33,288 bases of DNA from Verrucomicrobiota bacterium (GCA_003972865.1 QOAX01000295.1:1-33288); one strand, 5' to 3'; numbered from the stretch's first letter, positions 10,718-21,575 are shown. Notes: a model not told the origin generated them from the letters alone. Made by a program: numbers and translations.

Positions 10718-11119
10718 TCAGGAATCACTTACCAACAGTTCATCCTTCACCAATGCCCTCGCCTTCTCGAGCGGCTCGGCGCTGACGGCGATGGCGCCCC
10801 AGTCGCCGTGATGCTGGACGAGTCGCATGCTGCGCACCTGCAGGTTGGCGTCCCGGAAGCGCTTGGCCAAGTGGGCGATGGCGCCGGGCTCGTCTTTCAC
10901 GCGAACCACAAGCGCGTCCTCGGTGATGGCATTCCAACCGGCGTTGCGCAGGACGCGCAGGGCGCGGTCGTACTGATCCACCTTGAGCATTACCATACCC
11001 ATGTCGTCGATTTTCTTGGCGTCGAGCGACTCGATGTTGATGTCGTTGCTGCCGAGCGCCGAGGTAATGTCGGCGGTGAGTCCGTTGTAATCCTTGGTGA
11101 CGATGGTGATCTGGTTCAT
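10718..11119 (-). CDS. Tandem ACT-domain protein
   Basis: DYNGLTADITSALGSNDINIESL and DEPGAIAHLAKRF ACT signatures. Confidence 0.8.
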   Translation of the reverse strand: MNQITIVTKDYNGLTADITSALGSNDINIESLDAKKIDDMGMVMLKVDQYDRALRVLRNAGWNAITEDALVVRVKDEPGAIAHLAKRFRDANLQVRSMRLVQHHGDWGAIAVSAEPLEKARALVKDELLVSDS

Positions 11120-11231
11120 GATGAGTGGAGGGCGATGTCAGCAGCAACAATCTGCACGGCAAGCTGTCATTTGTCGAGTATTGTTCGACAAATCCCTTTG
11201 CTTCGCCCGGGGGCGGATTTAGGTTCCGCGC

Positions 11232-14200
11232 GTGATCGGATTGCCTCGCAGGCTGCTTTTGATTCTGCCGCTTGGCCTGCTGGCAACGCTTTTCCCCGGC
11301 TTGGCCAAGGGGCTCGAGTGGCAGGAGGCGGCCGGGCATCGCTTGGCTAAGCTCACGCTGCCGGCGCAGGGGCGGACCGGCTTCACGCAGCTCCCGACGG
11401 CCGCGCTTGGAATTCAGTTCACCAACCGCGTGTCGAGGGCGACGTTGGCGCGTCGTTCCAACCTCACGAACGGCTCGGGCGTGGCGCTTGGGGATGCCAA
11501 CGACGACGGTCTGTGCGACATCTACTTTTGCCGGCTCGAGGGCGACAACGAACTGTATCTCAACCAGGGCGGCTGGCGATTCCAACTCGCGCCCAACGCC
11601 AACGGCGCGGCGGCGGCCGGGCACCTGACGCGCGGCGCGGCATTCGCCGACGTGAATGGCGACGGGTCGTTCGACCTGCTGCTCACCACGTTTCGCAAGG
11701 GCACACTTTGCCTGCTGAACGACGGCAAGGGGCAGTTCACCGACGCCACGGCCAAAGCCGGCTTGGAGAGCCGAACCTCCGGCACGACGCTGGCACTGGG
11801 TGACGTGGATCGCGACGGCGATCTCGACCTGTACGTGGCCAACTTTGGAGAGCTGGCGCTGCTGCGCGATGGCGGGTCGTTCGCGGTGCGGCGGGTGGGC
11901 GGCAAGTCGGTTGTGACAGGACAACACGCCAAGCGGCTGAAGATCATCAACGGCAAGCTGATCGAGTTTGGCGAGACGGACGCCTTTTATCTCAACGACG
12001 GTCACGGCGTGTTTCAGCGCGTGCCGTGGGGCGACGGGCGATTTGTCCGTTCCGATGGCCAGCGGCTCGCCGAGCCGCTCGACTTCGGCTTGTGCGTGCA
12101 GATGCGCGACATCAACGGCGACGGCTTCGCGGACATTTACGTCTGCAACGATTTCCAGACGCCGGACCGGTTCTGGCTCAACGACGGTGCCGGGAAGTTT
12201 CGCGCGGCCGGCCCGGAGGCGGTGCGCTCGGTGGCCTACGCCTCGATGGGGGCGGACTTCACCGACATCGATCGTGACGGGCACACCGACTTTTTCGTGG
12301 TCGAGATGCTGAGCCGCGACGCGTCCACGCGGCTGACGAAAGCCAGCCCGAACAACCCGCTGCCCCCGGTGCCGGGCGGTGTTGCCACGCGCCTGCAGGT
12401 GGCGCGCAACACCCTGTTTTGGAATCGCGGCGACGGCACCTTCGCCGAGGTGGGCCGCTACGCCGGTGTCGAGGCGACCGACTGGTCGTGGCAGCCGGTA
12501 TTCCTCGACGTGGACCTGGACGGCTACGACGATCTGCTCGTCACCAACGGGCATCTGCACGATGTCAACGACCGCGACTCGCAGGCCCGTTACGCGCGCA
12601 TCCCCAAGGCCAAGCGCGAGCAGCTCGGTCTGCTGATGTTCCCGCCAAACACCACGGCCAATGTCGCGTACCGAAACCTGGGCGATTTTCGGTTCGCAGA
12701 GACGGGGCAGGCGTGGGGGTTCAACTCGCCGCAAATGTCCCACGGCATCGCCACCGGCGACCTCGACAACGACGGCGATCTCGACCTCGTCGTCAACTGC
12801 CTCAACCAGCCGCCGTTGATTTATCGCAACGACACGATCGCGCCGCGCGTGGCGGTGCAACTGCGCGGCCTGCCGCCGAACACCCACGGCATCGGCGCGC
12901 GCGTGACGGTGGCCGTCGACAACATTCGGCAGACGCAGGAGATCGTCGCCGGCGGCCGCTACCTCTCCGGCGACCAGCCGCTGCGGATGTTCGCGATGGG
13001 CACCGGCTCGCTGAAGCGATCGATCGAGGTTGCTTGGCCAAGCGGACGCCGGTCGTTTATCGCCAACCCGCAGCCGAACCACATTTACGAGATTGCCGAG
13101 CCAAGCGGCGAGTTACCGAAACCGGCCTTGGCCAGGCAGAAGCCGGAGCCATTCTTTGAGGACGCCAGCCGGCTGCTCAATCACGCGCACGTTGAGAACG
13201 ATTACGACGACACCGCTCTGCAACCGCTCTTGCCGCGGCGGCTCGACCGCCCGGGGCCGGGCGTGGCGTGGCTCGATTTCGACAACGACGGTGACGACGA
13301 TCTGCTGCTCGGTGCCGGTGCAGGCTCTGCAGTTGTGGTTTACCAAAACCTGGGCGACGGACGGTTCGGGGTCGTGTCGAGCGCCGCCGGCTTGAAGATG
13401 CCCGGCGACGTGGTGAGCGCCTGCGGCTGGGTGGACGGCAGTGGCCGGCGTACCTGGCTGGTGGCGGTGACAAACTACGAGTCGCCGCGATCCCGGGCGC
13501 GGCTGAGGACGTTCAAGAAAAGCGGCGGGCTGGCCCGTGGCGGCCAGTCGCTCGAGGGCATCATGCCGGGGCCGATCGCCGTGGCGGATGTCGATGCTGA
13601 CGGCGACCTCGACGTGTTCATCGGCGGCCGGGCGGTCACGGGGCATTATCCGCAGGCGAGCGTCTCGATGCTTTTGCGCAACACCACGCGGAGCCTCGAG
13701 CCGGCCGGCGGCACGCTGGGCCAGGCGCTTGGTCTCGTGAACGGCGCGGTGTTCAGTGATCTCGATGGCGACCGTTTTCCCGAGCTGATCGTGGCGACCG
13801 AGTGGGGGCCGGTGCGTGTCTTCAAGAACCAGCAGGGCACATTCAGCGAGGTGACCGAAGCGCTTGGCCTGGGCGGGTTGACCGGCCTCTGGCAGGGCGT
13901 GGCCACCGGCGACTTCGACGGCGACGGGCGCATCGACATCGTCGCCACCAACTGGGGACTCAACTCGTCGCTGCGGCCGAACGTCATCAATCCGCCGCGC
14001 CTCCACTATAATTTCACCGACTCGAGCGTGCCGACCTCGCTCATTCTCGCCGCCTGGGATGAACGGCTGAAACAATACCTGCCGAGCCGCGATCTGCCCG
14101 CGCTGTTTCGCGGCTATCCCGGCTTGCGCGGTGTGTTCCAGTCGCACCGCGAATTCGCCGGGGCCGGCGTGCTGAAGTTGATGGATCATCACCCGTCGCC

Positions 14201-14900
14201 GGCCCGGTCCGTGACCGCAGCGGTGCTGCAATCGATGGTGTTCCTGAATCGCAAGGAAGGCTTCGAGCCGAAGCCGCTGCCGCCGGAGGCGCAGTTGTCG
14301 CCGGCGTTCGGCGTGTCAGTCGGCGACCTCGACGGCGACGGAATCGATGACCTGTTCCTCGCGCAGAACTTCGCCGCGTTCCCGACCGACGCAGACCGGC
14401 TCGACGCCGGCCGCGGACTGTGGCTGCGCGGCCTTGGCCAGGCCAACTTCACGGCGGTGAAAGGCGACGAGGCCGGCCTGATAATGTACGGCGACCAACG
14501 CGCATGCGCCCTGGCCGACTACGACGCCGACGGCCGGCTCGACTTGGTCGTCACACAGAGCGGCGGGCGCACCCGGTTGTTCCGCAACAACAAAGCCAAG
14601 CCGGGCCTGCGCGTGCGCCTCGTTGGCGGCAAGCTGAATCCGGACGCCATCGGCTCGGCCGCCCGCCTGCACTTTGGCCAGGCGCAGGACGCCCCCACCG
14701 GCACTTGGCGCGAGTGGCAACTGGGCAGCGGCTACGGTTCGCAGGACGGCTTGGTCAAGGTCTTGGCCACGCCACAGCCGCCCAATGCCATCGAGGTTCG
14801 TTGGCCAAGCGGCAAAACGACGCGCACGTCGCTCCCAGCCGGCCTGACCGGGATCACCCTCACGCCGGACGGAAAAATTCTCGAACAGAAAACCAAGTAG
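11232..14900 (+). CDS. Secreted FG-GAP/VCBS repeat protein with two ASPIC/UnbV-like modules
   Basis: Many DxDxDGxxDL repeats; two ASPIC/UnbV-like ends (GIGARV...IEVAWPSG; AIGSAA...IEVRWPSG). Confidence 0.88.
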   Translation: MIGLPRRLLLILPLGLLATLFPGLAKGLEWQEAAGHRLAKLTLPAQGRTGFTQLPTAALGIQFTNRVSRATLARRSNLTNGSGVALGDANDDGLCDIYFCRLEGDNELYLNQGGWRFQLAPNANGAAAAGHLTRGAAFADVNGDGSFDLLLTTFRKGTLCLLNDGKGQFTDATAKAGLESRTSGTTLALGDVDRDGDLDLYVANFGELALLRDGGSFAVRRVGGKSVVTGQHAKRLKIINGKLIEFGETDAFYLNDGHGVFQRVPWGDGRFVRSDGQRLAEPLDFGLCVQMRDINGDGFADIYVCNDFQTPDRFWLNDGAGKFRAAGPEAVRSVAYASMGADFTDIDRDGHTDFFVVEMLSRDASTRLTKASPNNPLPPVPGGVATRLQVARNTLFWNRGDGTFAEVGRYAGVEATDWSWQPVFLDVDLDGYDDLLVTNGHLHDVNDRDSQARYARIPKAKREQLGLLMFPPNTTANVAYRNLGDFRFAETGQAWGFNSPQMSHGIATGDLDNDGDLDLVVNCLNQPPLIYRNDTIAPRVAVQLRGLPPNTHGIGARVTVAVDNIRQTQEIVAGGRYLSGDQPLRMFAMGTGSLKRSIEVAWPSGRRSFIANPQPNHIYEIAEPSGELPKPALARQKPEPFFEDASRLLNHAHVENDYDDTALQPLLPRRLDRPGPGVAWLDFDNDGDDDLLLGAGAGSAVVVYQNLGDGRFGVVSSAAGLKMPGDVVSACGWVDGSGRRTWLVAVTNYESPRSRARLRTFKKSGGLARGGQSLEGIMPGPIAVADVDADGDLDVFIGGRAVTGHYPQASVSMLLRNTTRSLEPAGGTLGQALGLVNGAVFSDLDGDRFPELIVATEWGPVRVFKNQQGTFSEVTEALGLGGLTGLWQGVATGDFDGDGRIDIVATNWGLNSSLRPNVINPPRLHYNFTDSSVPTSLILAAWDERLKQYLPSRDLPALFRGYPGLRGVFQSHREFAGAGVLKLMDHHPSPARSVTAAVLQSMVFLNRKEGFEPKPLPPEAQLSPAFGVSVGDLDGDGIDDLFLAQNFAAFPTDADRLDAGRGLWLRGLGQANFTAVKGDEAGLIMYGDQRACALADYDADGRLDLVVTQSGGRTRLFRNNKAKPGLRVRLVGGKLNPDAIGSAARLHFGQAQDAPTGTWREWQLGSGYGSQDGLVKVLATPQPPNAIEVRWPSGKTTRTSLPAGLTGITLTPDGKILEQKTK
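13032..13043. repeat. Perfect 12-bp palindrome GCTTGGCCAAGC
   Basis: Inside the FG-GAP CDS, read as A-W-P-S. Confidence 0.95.
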
Positions 14901-14952
14901 CGTGTCACTTTACGGTGACGCCAATGGTGGTGCATGCTAGCTTTTTCGCGCG

Positions 14953-17115
14953 TTGAAACAGATTGCCCAATATCAGGACGGACGGCTGGAACTGCAGGAG
15001 GTGCCGCGTCCCGTCCCGCCGCCGGGCGGGGTGCTGGTGCGCACGACACACTCGGTCATCTCGATTGGCACCGAGAAGATGAAGGTCGAGCAGGCCAAGA
15101 TGAACCTGCTCCAAAAAGCCAAGGCCAGGCCCGATCAGGTTCGCAAGGTGATCGATACCGCGCGAAACATCGGCTGGAAATCCGCCTACGAAAAAGTGCG
15201 CAACCGTCTCTCCTCGCCGACGCCGCTGGGCTACAGCGCGGCCGGGATTGTCGAGGCGGTGGACGAGGGCAACTCCCGTTTTCGCGTCGGCGACCGTGTG
15301 GCCTGCGGCGGCGCCGAGTGCGCGTTTCACGCCGAGTATATCGCCGTGCCGGACATGCTTGCGGCCAAGGTGCCGGAGCACGTGCCGATGTGGCAGGCGG
15401 CCTACACGACGCTGCTCTCCATCGCGATGCAGGCGGTGCGCCAGACCGAGCCGCGGCTTGGCGACCGTGTGTTGGTGATGGGGCAGGGGCTGGTCGGCCT
15501 GTTGGTCACCGGCCTGCTCAAGGCCAACGGCGCGCGCGTCATGGCGGTGGATCTCGAGGAGTCTCGCCGTGCCCACGCATCCGCGATGGGTGCCGAGCGG
15601 GTGGTGGTTTCGACGTCGCAGGATTTGCAGAATGAAGTTCGGGAGTGGACAGACGGCCACGGCGTCGATGCCGCGGTTGTCTGTGTCGGCACCGACAGCA
15701 ACGCGCCCATCGAGCAGTGCGCCGACGCGTTGCGCGACCGTGGCCGCATGGTCGATGTCGGCATCACGAAGATTGAGTTGCCGTGGCGCATCTTTGCCAA
15801 CAAGGAACTCGACGTGCGTTTTTCGCGCTCATACGGCCCGGGCCGGTACGATCCGTCGTACGAATGGGGCGGCGCCGATTATCCGATCGGCTACGTGCGC
15901 TGGACCGAGCAGCGCAACTTTCAGGCTTGTTTGCACCTGTTGAGTGAGGGAGAGATCGACCTGGGTGCGATCACCACCCGGCACGTGAAATTCGGGGATG
16001 CGTTGCCGGTGTACCAGTCGCTTGGGGACGGTGGTTCGCAGGACGTCGGCGTGGTGATGGAGTACGGCGAACCGGACGACGCACCGGACCAGGCCGAAGC
16101 CAAGCCAGCCACCGAGCCGGCCGACATCCCGTCGGCCAGACGCTTGGCCAAGCCGGTGAACCGGCTCGACGTGATCGGTGCGGGCAACTTCGCCCGGACG
16201 ATGCTGCTGCCGAGTCTCAAGGGCAGGATTCCGCTTGGCACGATCGTCAACAACACCGCGCTCAGCGCGAACCACGTGCGCGACAAGTTCGGCTTTGCCG
16301 AGGCGGCGAGCGACCCCGCGGCCGCGCTTGGCCAGGCGGGCGATGGCGCGGTGCTGATCGGCACGCGCAATCACCTGCATGCGCCGATGGTGATGGCCGC
16401 GCTCAAGTCGGGGCGGCATGTATTCGTCGAGAAACCGCTCTGTCTTTCGCGCGCCGAGCTAGATGAAATCGACGCGACGATTGCGGATCATCCGCAGAGC
16501 GTGCAGGTCGGGTTCAACCGCCGCTTCGCCCCGGCAAGCGTCGAGTTGAAGCGGCGGCTCGACCGTGTTCCGGGCCCGAAGTCGGCCAGCTACCGCGTGT
16601 ACGCCGGCAAGCTCGATGCCGGCCACTGGTACGCCAACCAGGACGAGAGCGGCGGGCGCGTCATCAGCGAGGGCTGCCACTTCCTCGACTACTTTTGTTT
16701 CCTGTTCGGCTCGCGGCCGGTGCGCGTCACGGCGCAGAGCACCTGGTCGGCCGGCGGGGCGCCGCCGTTGCCGGACAGCGTCACGGCGCAGGCCGAGTTT
16801 GCCGACGGCTCGAGTGGGCAGCTGATTTATTCCGCCGAGGGCGACACCACCTATCCCAAGGAGCATTGCACGGTTTACGGTTCCGGCATCGTGGCGGACA
16901 TCACCAACTTCCAGTCGCTGGCGATTTACCAGCGCGGCTCGAGGAAGCGGTTCCGATACAGTTCAAAGGGCCACGCCGAGCAGATGGCCGCGTGGCTGGC
17001 GTTCCTGCGCGGCGAGGCGGAGCACCCGCTGCCGTACGCTGGGGCGCGGCAAAGCATGCGGCTCACGTTCGCCGTGCTCGAGTCGATCCGCGAGGCCCGC
17101 TCGGTGGAGGTTTGA
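14953..17115 (+). CDS. Bi-domain oxidoreductase (zinc-binding dehydrogenase + Gfo/Idh/MocA)
   Basis: SVISIGTE, PLGYSAAG, GQGLVG, SRSYGPGRYD, then IGAGNFA, HVFVEKP, VGFNRRF, EGCHFLD; TTG start. Confidence 0.9.
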   Translation: MKQIAQYQDGRLELQEVPRPVPPPGGVLVRTTHSVISIGTEKMKVEQAKMNLLQKAKARPDQVRKVIDTARNIGWKSAYEKVRNRLSSPTPLGYSAAGIVEAVDEGNSRFRVGDRVACGGAECAFHAEYIAVPDMLAAKVPEHVPMWQAAYTTLLSIAMQAVRQTEPRLGDRVLVMGQGLVGLLVTGLLKANGARVMAVDLEESRRAHASAMGAERVVVSTSQDLQNEVREWTDGHGVDAAVVCVGTDSNAPIEQCADALRDRGRMVDVGITKIELPWRIFANKELDVRFSRSYGPGRYDPSYEWGGADYPIGYVRWTEQRNFQACLHLLSEGEIDLGAITTRHVKFGDALPVYQSLGDGGSQDVGVVMEYGEPDDAPDQAEAKPATEPADIPSARRLAKPVNRLDVIGAGNFARTMLLPSLKGRIPLGTIVNNTALSANHVRDKFGFAEAASDPAAALGQAGDGAVLIGTRNHLHAPMVMAALKSGRHVFVEKPLCLSRAELDEIDATIADHPQSVQVGFNRRFAPASVELKRRLDRVPGPKSASYRVYAGKLDAGHWYANQDESGGRVISEGCHFLDYFCFLFGSRPVRVTAQSTWSAGGAPPLPDSVTAQAEFADGSSGQLIYSAEGDTTYPKEHCTVYGSGIVADITNFQSLAIYQRGSRKRFRYSSKGHAEQMAAWLAFLRGEAEHPLPYAGARQSMRLTFAVLESIREARSVEV
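16142..16153. repeat. Perfect 12-bp palindrome GCTTGGCCAAGC
   Basis: In the inter-domain linker of the oxidoreductase, read as R-L-A-K-P. Confidence 0.95.
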
Positions 17116-17117
17116 GA

Positions 17118-17342
17118 ATGGAACTCAAGACGGTGTTTCGGGCGTTCAACTCGGCGGAGGCGCAGCTGGTTCGCTCGCAACTCGAGGCGGCCGAGTTCGA
17201 CGTGTTTGTCGCCGACGAGAGCAGCGCGCTGGCGGTTGAGTGTTATGTGCTCGGCGTGGGGGGCATCCGCGTGCAGGTGCCGGGGGATCGGGAGTCAGAG
17301 GCACGCGAGTTTTTGAAATCGTGCGGTCACCCGGTCGAATGA
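17118..17342 (+). CDS. Small DUF2007-like (putative signal-transducing) protein
   Basis: MELKTVFRAFNSAEAQLVRSQLEAA...GGIRVQVP...EAREFL; starts 2 bp after the upstream stop and has an ATGA overlap with the next gene. Confidence 0.75.
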   Translation: MELKTVFRAFNSAEAQLVRSQLEAAEFDVFVADESSALAVECYVLGVGGIRVQVPGDRESEAREFLKSCGHPVE

Positions 17343-18718
17343 CAATCGCCCGCCGTAAACAGCTTGGCCAGCTTCAGCGCCGCTTGCCCAAGGGCACGCT
17401 GCGCACGGACGAACGCACGCTCCAGCGGCACGCCGGCGACAAATGGTCCGCCACAAACCCGCCCGACGCGGTGGCCTTCCCGCGCAGCGCCAAGGCGGTC
17501 GCGGAGATTCTCAAGTTCGCCAATCGGCACCGCATCCCGGTGACCGCGCGCGGCGCGGGGCAGGGCTATGTCGGCGGCTGCGTCCCGGTGCGCGGCGGCA
17601 TTGCGCTGAGCCTGGCCCGGATGAGGCGCATCCGGGAAATCAGCGGGAGCGACTTCGTCGCCGTGGTTCAGCCGGGCGTCATCACGGCCGAGTTGCAGGA
17701 CGCCGCCGAGGCGAAGGGACTGTATTATCCACCCGACCCGGCCAGCCGCGCGGACTGCAGTATCGGCGGCAACATCGCCACCAACGCCGGCGGCCCGCGA
17801 TGCCTCAAGTACGGTGTCACGCGCGACTATGTGCTCGGGCTCGAGGTCGTGCTGCCGGACGGCTCGATCGCGAAGCTCGGCGGGCGTTGCCACAAAAACA
17901 AAACCGGCTTCGACCTGGCGCGGTTTTTCGTTGGCTCGGAGGGTCTGCTCGGGATCGTCACCGGGGCGACGCTCAAGCTGCTGCCGCTGCCGCCGTTCCG
18001 GGCCTGTGTCGGCATGGGCTTCGGCTCGATGCGCCATGCCGCCCGGGCGATTCAGGCGATTTTCAAGGCCGGTTTTCTGCCGTCGGCGGTCGAGGTTGCC
18101 GATGCCTTTACGCTGGCGGCTGCACGGGAGCGCACCGGCAGCCGGTTGTTCGACGGCTGCAAGGCTCACTTGATCGTCGAGATCGACGGACAGGAAAAAT
18201 CGGTGCGCAGCGAGCTTGGCCAGTTGCAAAAACTGCTCAAGCCGTTCTCGCCGCTGAACACACAGAAAGGATTCGGCCAGGCGGGCGTCGAAAAATTTTG
18301 GCAGTTGCGCCGCGAGTTTTCGTACTCGTTGCGGGACACCGGCCTGACCAAGCTAAACAACGACATCGCCGTGCCGCGAGGCAAGCTCGAGCCAATGTTC
18401 AAGTTTGCCGGTCAACTGCAAAAAAAACACGGCATCCGCGTGGCCTGCTTCGGGCACGCCGGCGACGGCAACATCCACGTCAACCTGATGATGGACGAAA
18501 ACGATCCGGGGCAGGTGAGGCGCAGCGCCGCGGCGCTGGATGACCTGTTTCGCCAGGTGCTGGCGTGGGGCGGGGTGATCACCGGCGAGCACGGCATCGG
18601 CGTGGCGCGGTTGCCGTGGTGGGAACAGGCAACGTCGCCGGAGGCGCGGAAACTGCACACGGCGTTCAAGCGGGCAGTCGACCCGAACGGCATTCTCAAC
18701 CCTGGCAAGTTCGTTTAG
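17339..18718 (+). CDS. FAD-linked oxidase, GlcD/D-lactate dehydrogenase family
   Basis: PDAVAFP, YYPPDPAS, GGNIATNAGG, KYGVTRDYVLG, GHAGDGNIH, GEHGIG, DPNGILNPGK. Confidence 0.9.
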   Translation: MTIARRKQLGQLQRRLPKGTLRTDERTLQRHAGDKWSATNPPDAVAFPRSAKAVAEILKFANRHRIPVTARGAGQGYVGGCVPVRGGIALSLARMRRIREISGSDFVAVVQPGVITAELQDAAEAKGLYYPPDPASRADCSIGGNIATNAGGPRCLKYGVTRDYVLGLEVVLPDGSIAKLGGRCHKNKTGFDLARFFVGSEGLLGIVTGATLKLLPLPPFRACVGMGFGSMRHAARAIQAIFKAGFLPSAVEVADAFTLAAARERTGSRLFDGCKAHLIVEIDGQEKSVRSELGQLQKLLKPFSPLNTQKGFGQAGVEKFWQLRREFSYSLRDTGLTKLNNDIAVPRGKLEPMFKFAGQLQKKHGIRVACFGHAGDGNIHVNLMMDENDPGQVRRSAAALDDLFRQVLAWGGVITGEHGIGVARLPWWEQATSPEARKLHTAFKRAVDPNGILNPGKFV

Positions 18719-18720
18719 CG

Positions 18721-19404
18721 ATGGAGTTCGACCGGTTCACCCACGAGCGGGAGCGCCTGGCCAAGGGCTGCGAGCGGATCGCCGGGGTGGACGAGGCCGG
18801 TCGCGGGCCGCTGGCTGGACCGGTGGTCGCGGCGGCGGCGGTATTTTCTCCCGAACACATTCGCGCCGGGCTGCCCAAGCCGCTGGACGAGGTGAACGAC
18901 TCGAAAAAGTTGAGCGCCAAAAAACGGGAGTCGCTCTTCGAGTTGCTTCGGTCGCTGGACGGGTTCGAGTTTGGCATCGCACTCGTCGAGCCGGCGGAGA
19001 TCGACCGGATCAATATTTTGCAGGCGACGCACCGGGCGATGAACGGGGCGTTGGCCGCGCTTGGCCAGGTGCCAGGGCATGTGCTGGTCGACGGTCGGCC
19101 GGTGGCGTCGCTTGGCCAGGCGCAGACGGCGTTCGTGAAGGGCGATTCGCTGAGCTACTCGATCGCTGCGGCGAGTATTATGGCCAAGGTGACGCGCGAC
19201 CGGATGATGATGGAACTCGACCGCGAATTTCCCGGCTACGGCTTCGCTGCGCACAAGGGCTACGGCACGCGTGAGCATCTCGATGCGTTGACGAGGCTGG
19301 GGCCGTGCCGCGAGCACCGGCACAGCTTCGCGCCGATCAAGCCGGGGCCGCAGCTTGGCCTGTTCCCGGGGGAGGCGATCGATGAGCCTGTGGCGCACAG
19401 TTAA
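18721..19404 (+). CDS. rnhB: Ribonuclease HII
   Basis: GVDEAGRGPLAGPV, DSKKL, KGD, SIAAASIMAKVTRD, HKGYGT. Confidence 0.96.
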   Translation: MEFDRFTHERERLAKGCERIAGVDEAGRGPLAGPVVAAAAVFSPEHIRAGLPKPLDEVNDSKKLSAKKRESLFELLRSLDGFEFGIALVEPAEIDRINILQATHRAMNGALAALGQVPGHVLVDGRPVASLGQAQTAFVKGDSLSYSIAAASIMAKVTRDRMMMELDREFPGYGFAAHKGYGTREHLDALTRLGPCREHRHSFAPIKPGPQLGLFPGEAIDEPVAHS

Positions 19405-19810
19405 ACGGGCGCTTGGCCTGTGGCGCGAGCCGGAGCATCTGCGCCGGGGCCGGGTCGGCGAGGCGGCGGCCAGGCGGCATCTCAGGCGGGCCGGACTGAA
19501 GTTTCTCACCGCCAATTACCGCACCAAAAGCAGCGAGATCGACCTCCTGTTTCGCGACGGCGACTGTCTGGTGTTCGTCGAGGTGAAGACGCGGACGGAG
19601 GGCGGCTGGACCCGGCCCGCCGCCGCGGTGGATCAGCGCAAGCGCGGGCTGATTGGCCAAGCGGCGAAGGAGTACCTGCGACGGCTTGGCAACCAGGAGA
19701 CCAAGTTTCGCTTCGACATCGTCGAGGTGCTGTTGCTCGACGGCGAGGTGAGCGAGGTGCGACATCTGCCAAACGCCTTCCCGCTGACGAACCCCAAGCG
19801 CCCCCGCTGA
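19382..19810 (+). CDS. yraN: YraN family (UPF0102) putative endonuclease
   Basis: GRVGE, EIDL, LVFVEVKTR, RFDIV; classic position after rnhB. Confidence 0.9.
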   Translation: MSLWRTVKRALGLWREPEHLRRGRVGEAAARRHLRRAGLKFLTANYRTKSSEIDLLFRDGDCLVFVEVKTRTEGGWTRPAAAVDQRKRGLIGQAAKEYLRRLGNQETKFRFDIVEVLLLDGEVSEVRHLPNAFPLTNPKRPR

Positions 19811-19877
19811 TTAGTGGGGGGGAAGTTTCAAGAGAGAGCCCAACCAAGCCGAAAATTTGAAACCAAAAAACTCGAAT

Positions 19878-20492
19878 TTATTGGCGAGTGATCTGCCCGG
19901 GACTCTCGAGTGACCTGGGCGCGCCAAGGATGATGGAACCCACGACGGCTTGCCGCGCGGCCCGGATGTCGGTGCCGATGTGGTGTGCAATGTTGCCGGT
20001 GTAGATGGGGGAGTCGTAAACGGGCGAACGGGTCGGGGCCGTTTTCCGGGCGGCGCTGGCCTGTTCGGCCTCGCGCAACTGACTGGTGAGCGGTGTGTCA
20101 CGGAACGCTTCCTGTGCTGTACCAGCCAGCGGAGGCAGTGTAGGTGCGCTGGTGCCGATCACCGGGGGCAGATCGACCGATTCCTCCTCGTAATCGTCGG
20201 CATATTCCCTCTCGAGTTTCTGGTCGGTCTCGCCGAGTTGTGCCCCGACCAGTTGCTCGAGTCTACCCAACCAGCTGGTAGATTCCCCGGTTGTTTTCGT
20301 CTTGGAGGGTTGCGTCGGCACGGACCGGGCCAGCTGATCGCGCTTGGCGGCCTGCTTGCGCTTGTTGATCCAGCTGACAATCGCGGCAAGCAGGCCGAAC
20401 ACAAGGTAGAACAACAACGTATTATCCACCGCTGCCAGGATCGGTTGCCCCGGCAGGCCACCGTTCAGCCATTCTGTGAAGCCGTTGGCCAA
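19878..20492 (-). CDS. Hypothetical membrane-anchored protein downstream of floA (YqfB-like position)
   Basis: One TM helix, low-complexity middle, C-terminal ARQAVVGSIILGAPRSL; start uncertain. Confidence 0.6.
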   Translation of the reverse strand: MANGFTEWLNGGLPGQPILAAVDNTLLFYLVFGLLAAIVSWINKRKQAAKRDQLARSVPTQPSKTKTTGESTSWLGRLEQLVGAQLGETDQKLEREYADDYEEESVDLPPVIGTSAPTLPPLAGTAQEAFRDTPLTSQLREAEQASAARKTAPTRSPVYDSPIYTGNIAHHIGTDIRAARQAVVGSIILGAPRSLESPGQITRQ

Positions 20493-20498
20493 GGTGGT

Positions 20499-21551
20499 TT
20501 ATATCTTCGGTTTGCCGGAGTCGGACGACTCGTCGTCGCCGGCAATCTTGCTGCGCATGTCGGTGTCGGCCGCGAGATTCTTGATGCGGTAATAGTCCAT
20601 GATGCCGAGATTGCCGCTGCGGAAGGCCTCGGCCATGGCCAATGGCACCTGCGCCTCAGCCTCGACGACCTTGGCCTGCATCTCCTCGACGCGGGCGATC
20701 ATCTCCTGTTCCACCGCGACAGCGGCGGCGCGGCGGACTTCCGCCTGGGCCTGGGCGACGAGCTTGTTGGACTCGGCCTGCTCGGCCTGCAGTTTGGCGC
20801 CGATGTTCTCGCCGACGTCCACGTCCGCGATGTCGATCGATAGAATCTCGAAGGCTGTGTTGCTGTCGAGGCCCTTGGCCAGCACGTTTTTTGAAATGCG
20901 GTCCGGGTTCTCGAGCACGTCCTTGTAGCTCGTCTCGGAGCCGATGGAGGAGACGATGCCTTCGCCGACACGTGCGATGATAGTATCCTCGGTGGCACCG
21001 CCGACGAAGCTCGCGAGATTGGTGCGCACAGTCACGCGGGCACGGGCCTTGATGACGATGCCGTCCTTGGCCACGGCGTCGATGCTGCGTTTTGAGCCGC
21101 CCGCAGGCGGAACGTCGATCACTTGCGGATTGACGGAAGTGTGGACCGCCTCTACCACATTTTTGCTGGTACCCTTGGTCGCAAGATCGATGGCGCACGC
21201 CTGGTCGAACACGAGGTCGATATTGGCCTTCCGGGCGTTAATCAACGCCGCGATCACCTGCTCGACATGGCCACCCGCCAGAAAGTGTGTGGAAAGGTCG
21301 TCGATGCTCACGGGAATGCCCGACTTCACCGCGGTGATTCGCGAGTCGACGATTCGTCGGATCGGAATCTTGCGGAGTTGCAGGGCGATGAGATCGACGA
21401 AACTCACCGGTGCGCCGGAGACCTTTGCGCGCAACCACGTCATCCCGAAGTTCAGGACGATGATCGCCAGTAAGAATAGAACCAGGGCGAGGATGCCGAA
21501 GCCGATGAGGCTACCGGTGCCCCCGAGTTGTGCCAGTATTATATTTGTCAT
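20499..21551 (-). CDS. floA: Flotillin-like protein FloA (YqfA/UPF0365)
   Basis: [66 protein letters not shown]. Confidence 0.92.
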   Translation of the reverse strand: MTNIILAQLGGTGSLIGFGILALVLFLLAIIVLNFGMTWLRAKVSGAPVSFVDLIALQLRKIPIRRIVDSRITAVKSGIPVSIDDLSTHFLAGGHVEQVIAALINARKANIDLVFDQACAIDLATKGTSKNVVEAVHTSVNPQVIDVPPAGGSKRSIDAVAKDGIVIKARARVTVRTNLASFVGGATEDTIIARVGEGIVSSIGSETSYKDVLENPDRISKNVLAKGLDSNTAFEILSIDIADVDVGENIGAKLQAEQAESNKLVAQAQAEVRRAAAVAVEQEMIARVEEMQAKVVEAEAQVPLAMAEAFRSGNLGIMDYYRIKNLAADTDMRSKIAGDDESSDSGKPKI

Positions 21552-21575
21552 TGTTCTGTCTTGGTTAAGTTGAAA

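Noticed and set aside
10740-13082. 780-aa ORF on the minus strand
   Set aside because: Antisense shadow of the GC3-rich FG-GAP gene, with no recognisable motifs. The same applies to the long antisense ORFs at 4492-5556, 13113-14231 and 29493-30950.
11480-14560. Recurrent GACGGCGAC/CTCGAC nucleotide repeats
   Set aside because: Explained by DxDxDG calcium-binding FG-GAP repeats in the protein; not a CRISPR or DNA-level repeat.
14904-14919. GTCAC-N6-GTGAC inverted repeat between the FG-GAP and oxidoreductase genes
   Set aside because: Only a 5-bp stem with no U-tract; too weak to call a terminator or operator.
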